A stretch of DNA of 64,000 bases from Rhizodiscina lignyota (Eukaryota): assembly GCA_010015805.1 (NCBI GenBank), contig ML978124.1, positions 682,001 through 746,000 on the forward strand. Direction: 5' to 3'. The notes below the pieces were generated by a model that was not told the origin of the DNA, searched no databases, and was given only the letters and a program-made list of their open reading frames with translations. The translations under genes were made by a program, and so were the position numbers. This document shows, piece by piece, positions 58,829 through 64,000 of this stretch; position 1 is the first letter of the stretch, and each line of letters begins with the position of its first letter.

Positions 58829-61385
58829 CTAGCCCCACCGCCAAGGCTGTCCATCCGGCCGCAGCCGGCCACGCTTGGGAGCGTGCTTCCTCAGCACCTC
58901 CTGCCCCTCCTCCGTCTCGCTCCCAAGACGTCCCACCCCCAGTCTCCCCTCCCCGCGCCTCTTCTCCAATTTCTCCTCATCCGGCCAGATGAACCGGTGG
59001 ATCTCCCGATGATCGAGCACCCTCTCCTCCGTATCGTGCTTGGATACCTTGGCCGTCTTCGGCCAAGCGTATCCGTACAGCTTACTGTGACGCTCGCACC
59101 TCGGACAGTTGGCACGTGTGAGGTACGCTTCGTGCTGCACGAAGTTCGCGCAGCACGCCTCGTTCCTACACACGACCCACCGCGAGTACGGCGTCGACAG
59201 CAGGGCAGGCGTGAGGGTGTAGTCGTTTGGCTGACGAGAGTATGCGGTACTCCCGTCACCGGGCTCGATCGTCGGGATTGGCGAGGGTGAGGAACCTAGC
59301 TTGGATTGAGAGCGGGTTCGGGGAACACGCCGACGCTCAATGACAGAGCTAGTCGTGTCATCGAGGTCGAAGCGTGAGTCCAGGTCCGACAGGTCCGAGT
59401 CGGTCTCCCGCAGACGCTCCTCCTTGAGATCCGCCAAGGACTTCCAAGGACGTAGGCCACGCTTGGGAGCGCTTCCAACACCCTTGGAGTCCATCTCAAT
59501 GGAGGTGGCTGCGGTTGACCTCCTCGACCGTAAGACGCTGGCTGAGAGTGGGCCGCCTGGCGTGCTCGAACTCCCTGTGTCCGACACGCTTGTCTTGCTG
59601 CTGAGCAGGCCTCTACGCAAGCTCTTGCGACGCCCCACGCGGGAGGCAACGAAATTGAATGGTATTGCTGGATCAGCCTCGGCGTCGGTGCTCTCGGCAT
59701 ACATGACAGTGCTCAGGTTTGAGGCACTTCGCTCCGTTTTGATCTTAGGGATGCTCGGAGTGCTGGCCGGATCGGGCGTTGTAGACGAGCTGATGCTGTC
59801 AAGCTTGGGGCGCTTGCTGTCAGATACTTCAATGGTATCAGACGCTGGAGTGGTGGGCTCGTCTTCGGCCGGTGCGGAGTTACGCTTTCGCTTCAGATCG
59901 GGAGTGGCAGACGTGCTCGGAGGTGCAGGAGGATCCATGGCGCCAAGCTTGGGAAGCTTGCTATCAGTGAGTTCAATGGACTCCAAGACCGAAGTGCTGC
60001 TGGGTGAGTCGGCCGACTCCGTGTCGTGCTTTTGCTTGCGATTGAGAGTAGGGTCAGGGGTTGCCGACAAGCTCGGAGCTGGAGGAGGGCCCATGCTGCC
60101 AAGCCTCGGGCGCTTGCTGTCAGATTGTTCGATGGACTCTACTACTGAAGCATCCGGGCGTTCAGCCGAGTCGGAGTCGTACTTTTGCTTCAGGAAGAGC
60201 AGGTTGACAGCAGGATCGGTAGTCGCAGACGAGGTCGAAGTGGCAGAAGAACTCGGAGTCTCAGAGGAACTCGTGCTGCCTGTTCTGGGACGCTTGCTGC
60301 CACGTCGTTTGCCGGATGATGACACTGGAGTGTCGAGTAGGTCAGATGACTCTGATGTGTACTTTCGCTTCTTTCGAAAGCCATATGGCGAGTCTGTTTC
60401 GCCCTCAACTGAAGCCGGAGTTGCCTCTCTCGCTGCTACGTTGCTCTTGCCCTTCGATCTCGTCTTGCCCTTAGTCTCTTCATCCTTGTCGCCTTCCTCT
60501 TCGTCTTTCTCCTCATCCTTGACCACAGGACCCCAGCCATTCCTTCGGTACTTCTCACATGTGCGACACAGACACTCGCAGTTGTCGTCGCCAAAGTAGT
60601 CCTCGCCATAAGTGACAGTGATCTCTTCACCAACAGCAATGTCTCTAACGGCAATGACCTTCATGCCGTTTGCACCAGTCGTGGTAAGTTTCGCATTTGC
60701 GTTGCAGTCGTGGTTAGCGAAGCGCGCCGGCCCAAGAAAGAGGCTAGGAGTCTTCTTGCGACTGCTCATGACGATGGAGAAGTCCGTGCGGTTGAGATCT
60801 AAGGTGTCTTCTTCCTCCTTGGTCATGGCAACTTGTATTCCCGTCAGATATTTGATTTCGTGGTTCTTCTTGATCGCTTTCGTTGTTGTCACGCTGGCCT
60901 CTTGCATGCTAATGTCGTAGCGGTTCGTCGTGTTGACTTCGAATGGGCAGTCAGGCATGTAGATGCTGACATACTTGCGCAAGTGTCGCTGAAAGTGCTC
61001 CCTGTCCGCGGGTGTTGCTAATCGGTTGTAGTACTTCTTGATGCCGGGCACTTCCAGAAGGTCCGCAGTAGCGGTGGGAATGTCTTCTGCGAGAACGACT
61101 TTGTCCTGCAGAACCTTTGCGATCGTGTCTTCGTTAAGGCCGCGCGACGATGAGTAACGCGCTCGGTTCTTGCGGATGCGTGCCCAGAAGTAGACCTTCA
61201 TAACACCCAAATGTCAGTGTTTGGAACACGAAGGATAGGCGGTGCTGTCTGCTTGATTTTCCGGTACATACCTGATCGACCAGCGCATCCGTGATCAGGT
61301 CATCATGGCTAGCGAGTTGCGCCAGCGTCAGACCGCCCTTGCTCTTCGCGATCGCATCGCGCTCAGCCGCGATTCTGCCCGCCAT
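58829..61385 (-). CDS. set9: Histone H4K20 methyltransferase Set9; one 5' intron
   Basis: LTLAQLASHDDLITDALVD|VYFWARIRK; SET domain LFLGPARFANHDCNANA, GEEITVTYGEDYFG, CECLCRTCE; C-terminal CPRCERHSKLYGYAWPKT. Confidence 0.95.
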
Positions 61386-62012
61386 TCTCCTTCGCTGCGT
61401 GTGCAGGATGAAGTTTGGAAAGGACAGTCGCGCGGGAGAAAGTTAGGAGGAAGATCGGAGTGGTTGTTTTGGTTTTCGGTGTTCGACACGCGTGGAGAAG
61501 GAAGATGGAGGAAAGGGAGGTAAGAAACGTGACGTATGAGTGCACACGACCGAGGCGCTAGAGCTTATTGAAACTAAGCACTGCAGTGATCTCGCTTCAA
61601 TAGACAAGGCTAAACTGAAGGCGGACAATCAGCGCAGGAAGGGCGAGAAGGCTTAGCGGTCAAAGCTGGGGCTGTTGTTGTCGCGCGTGCAATGCAGAAT
61701 TGGAGGAAAGTGCGCGTCCAATAGCGGTGTTGAAGCTGACAGGGTCAATTGTGTATTTTGGAAATGCGGAAAGGGAACAACAGCTGCAAACCGTTTTTTG
61801 ACAGCGGGTGGCTGGGGGCCCCTGCCCGAGCGCCCGGGACAGCCAGGCACAACAGCCGATCGCTGAGCCCGGAGCTTGCCGCGCGCGCTAGCACCGATGG
61901 GGGCGCGACGTGAAGTTTGATCTCTACCTCGCCGCATCTAGGCGTGCGAGACTGCGCAGAGTACACGGCGAACGAGCGGACTGGCCCTCGCACGAGGGAA
62001 ATCCTCGCAATC

Positions 62013-62616
62013 ATGATTCAGCTAAAGGTGCGTACAGCCGAGGGGCTATCACACTGCGCGGCATGTGCATCCTGACGGCGCGTTCTAGACTATGGTCAAC
62101 TGCATCGACAACTCCGGCGCTGCAATCGTGGAGTGCATCCAAGTCCTTCGCGCGAAGCGACCGGCAAAAATTGGTACGGTCTATTCTTTCTTTTAGCCGG
62201 AGTGTGACAGCTCACATTATCCCATTGCTGTGATGGTAGCTGTCACTCCGCCATCCCCCTCAAGGCAAATCGTTTATCGAAGCCCCCAGCTAATCCTCGT
62301 CACAGGCGACCGCATCGTCGTAGTCGTCCAAAAACAGCGCAACTTCGGCGCTGAAGCCTCTAAGCATGCCGGATCATCAGTCAGCGCCGGTAACAAAGTT
62401 CGTCGCGGTGACATTCGGCACGCAGTAGTCGTCCGGACGGCCAAGGAATACCAGAGACCCGATGGAAGCGTGGTCAAGTTCGATGACAATGCGTGCGTGC
62501 TGGTCAACAAGGCAGGCGAACCGATTGGGACAAGAGTCAGTGGGATAGTGGGAGCAGAACTGCGCAAAAGAGGCATTTGGGGGAAGATTCTGAGTTTAGC
62601 CCCGATGCATATATAA
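62013..62616 (+). CDS. MRPL38: Mitochondrial ribosomal protein uL14m (MrpL38), two introns
   Basis: [22 protein letters not shown]..|[43 protein letters not shown]. Confidence 0.92.
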
Positions 62617-62962
62617 TAGGGCCGTCCTTCACGCAGCGAGTGATATAGGCGCGGAAGGCATTGCATTCTGAGCAGGCATTTCAAGGCGTTTAAAAGATGG
62701 CACTTGGAATCGGATCGCAGTGGTTCGCATTTGACGGTGTTGTTATTGTACAATAAAGAAAAGACATGTGCATTTGCCCGTCCTCCACCTCCATTTTTGT
62801 AAAAGGAAAATCGCACCTTGAAAGCCGTCGACACATAAAGTCATCAAAAGCCAAAGTTCCGCACAGAAAGGAAAGAAAAGAATCTCAGCGCCATTCGCTA
62901 TGCAATCGTGTGATCGAGTCGCCGTCGCGTCGAAATCGTAGCTTCGAAGTGGCAGGTGAAAC

Positions 62963-63996
62963 CTATTGCCACACATGTCCACAAGAAGTGCAGACAAAAT
63001 AGAGTTTCTGACGCAGTGTTACTGTCGCAGATCCCAAAAGTCGTAAAAGTAAGGAAACAAACCATTCCTGTCTCTGCTGTTCGCTGCTGAGACTGGAAAA
63101 AGACGGCATCGTGCTCCTGGCAGGAAGGACATCGAATGTTTTGTCGGGGAAGCTGTGCAAACACGATTAGTCAGCTCTGAGCTTCACAATGAAGGGAAAC
63201 TCAGCGCTGAAAGCGTGGAATTTGAAAGAGCCAAAGCAAGTGTTGTGTTGTCCGTGACTCAAGCCGTAGGCTTGTCGTTGGGCTGATCGGTAGATTCGGC
63301 TTCGACCATCTCCTCTTCCTCGTCACAGTCGTCATAGTTGTCATCTTCACCGTAGTCCAAGTGGGCATCTTCACCGTAGTCCAAGTGGGCATATCCAAGG
63401 GTGCTGGCAACGTAGTCATCCGTCGTCTGCGCCTCGCCCATCTCAATGTCCTCGTCCTCGACTTCCAAGAAGCAGCCATAGTCGGTAGGCGCCTCTCCAC
63501 ACTTCTCGCAGAAGATCAATTCGCCGCACATTGTGCAGACGTCCGGAACACGCGACGGGGGAGAAGGAGAGCGGGCGAGCTCGGAGGAGGTGGCGGCAGA
63601 TTCGGCCATGGGCGACGCGGCAGGGTCCAGAAGCTCAAGCTGGGAAAGATGCGAAGAGGTTTCATGAACGGGTATACCAACCGTTGGGTCTTGTCCAATG
63701 TCCTGAGTGATGCCGGCAGTCGCTCCAACAGCGTTGGACATTTGGTTGCGGTAAACACAAGAGCTAGGAGCCACTTCGTCCCAGCGACAGGTGCGGCATT
63801 CGAATCGAAGCTCGTTGGTGTCACGGTTCTCCTTTGGATAGAGCAAGTTGGAACTGCGAGAGAAGTAACTATCTTTGACACGCGACTGTTTAGTTAGTTA
63901 AGAGTCAAGTGCAACCTACCATTCGCGACAGAAGCGGAACGTGATCTTCTTTGGCTGTTCCACAGCAGCGTCGGAGGGCGCTGGCGACGCAGACAT
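62963..63996 (-). CDS. RPB9: RNA polymerase II subunit Rpb9, multi-exon, with a 529-nt intron 63153-63681
   Basis: FRFCREC|SNLLYPKE..FECRTC..CVYRN..QDPT|LPR..CPSCQEHDAVFFQSQQRTAETGM|KLYFVCTSCGH. Confidence 0.93.
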
Positions 63997-64000
63997 GGTT

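Noticed and set aside
59340..60599. 419-aa plus-strand ORF and other long antisense ORFs (e.g. 5718-6653, 57598-58356)
   Set aside because: Antisense shadows of GC-rich real genes with no independent motifs.

Overview
Intron-containing genomic DNA from a filamentous ascomycete (Pezizomycotina-type introns). Conserved housekeeping genes (dihydropyrimidinase, Sin1/Avo1, PRCC-like, NC2-alpha, Nuc1, Cwc15, Rrp45, Noc3, Nip7, Set9, mitochondrial uL14, Rpb9) alternate with lineage-specific gaps. Two things stand out. (1) A secreted-peptide island at about 39.7-51.1 kb holds a Kex2-processed repeat precursor (6x ELYQNPSE-KR) divergently paired with a DUF3328/UstYa oxidase, i.e. a minimal dikaritin-type RiPP locus with a core I do not recognise. 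A second repeat precursor (5x QIECGFGDDEPWCK) lies about 5 kb away. (2) A dispersed orphan gene family has three divergent intact members (5.2, 31.3 and 57.2 kb) and a possible decayed fourth (1.3 kb). They share a motif block and a phase-2 intron. Two intact members and the decayed one lie just downstream of same-strand Pol III-like elements (A-box, hairpin, B-box, oligo-T). There is also a shattered Est1/SMG6-like pseudogene array. All calls were made by eye without database searches, and exon boundaries are manual inferences.
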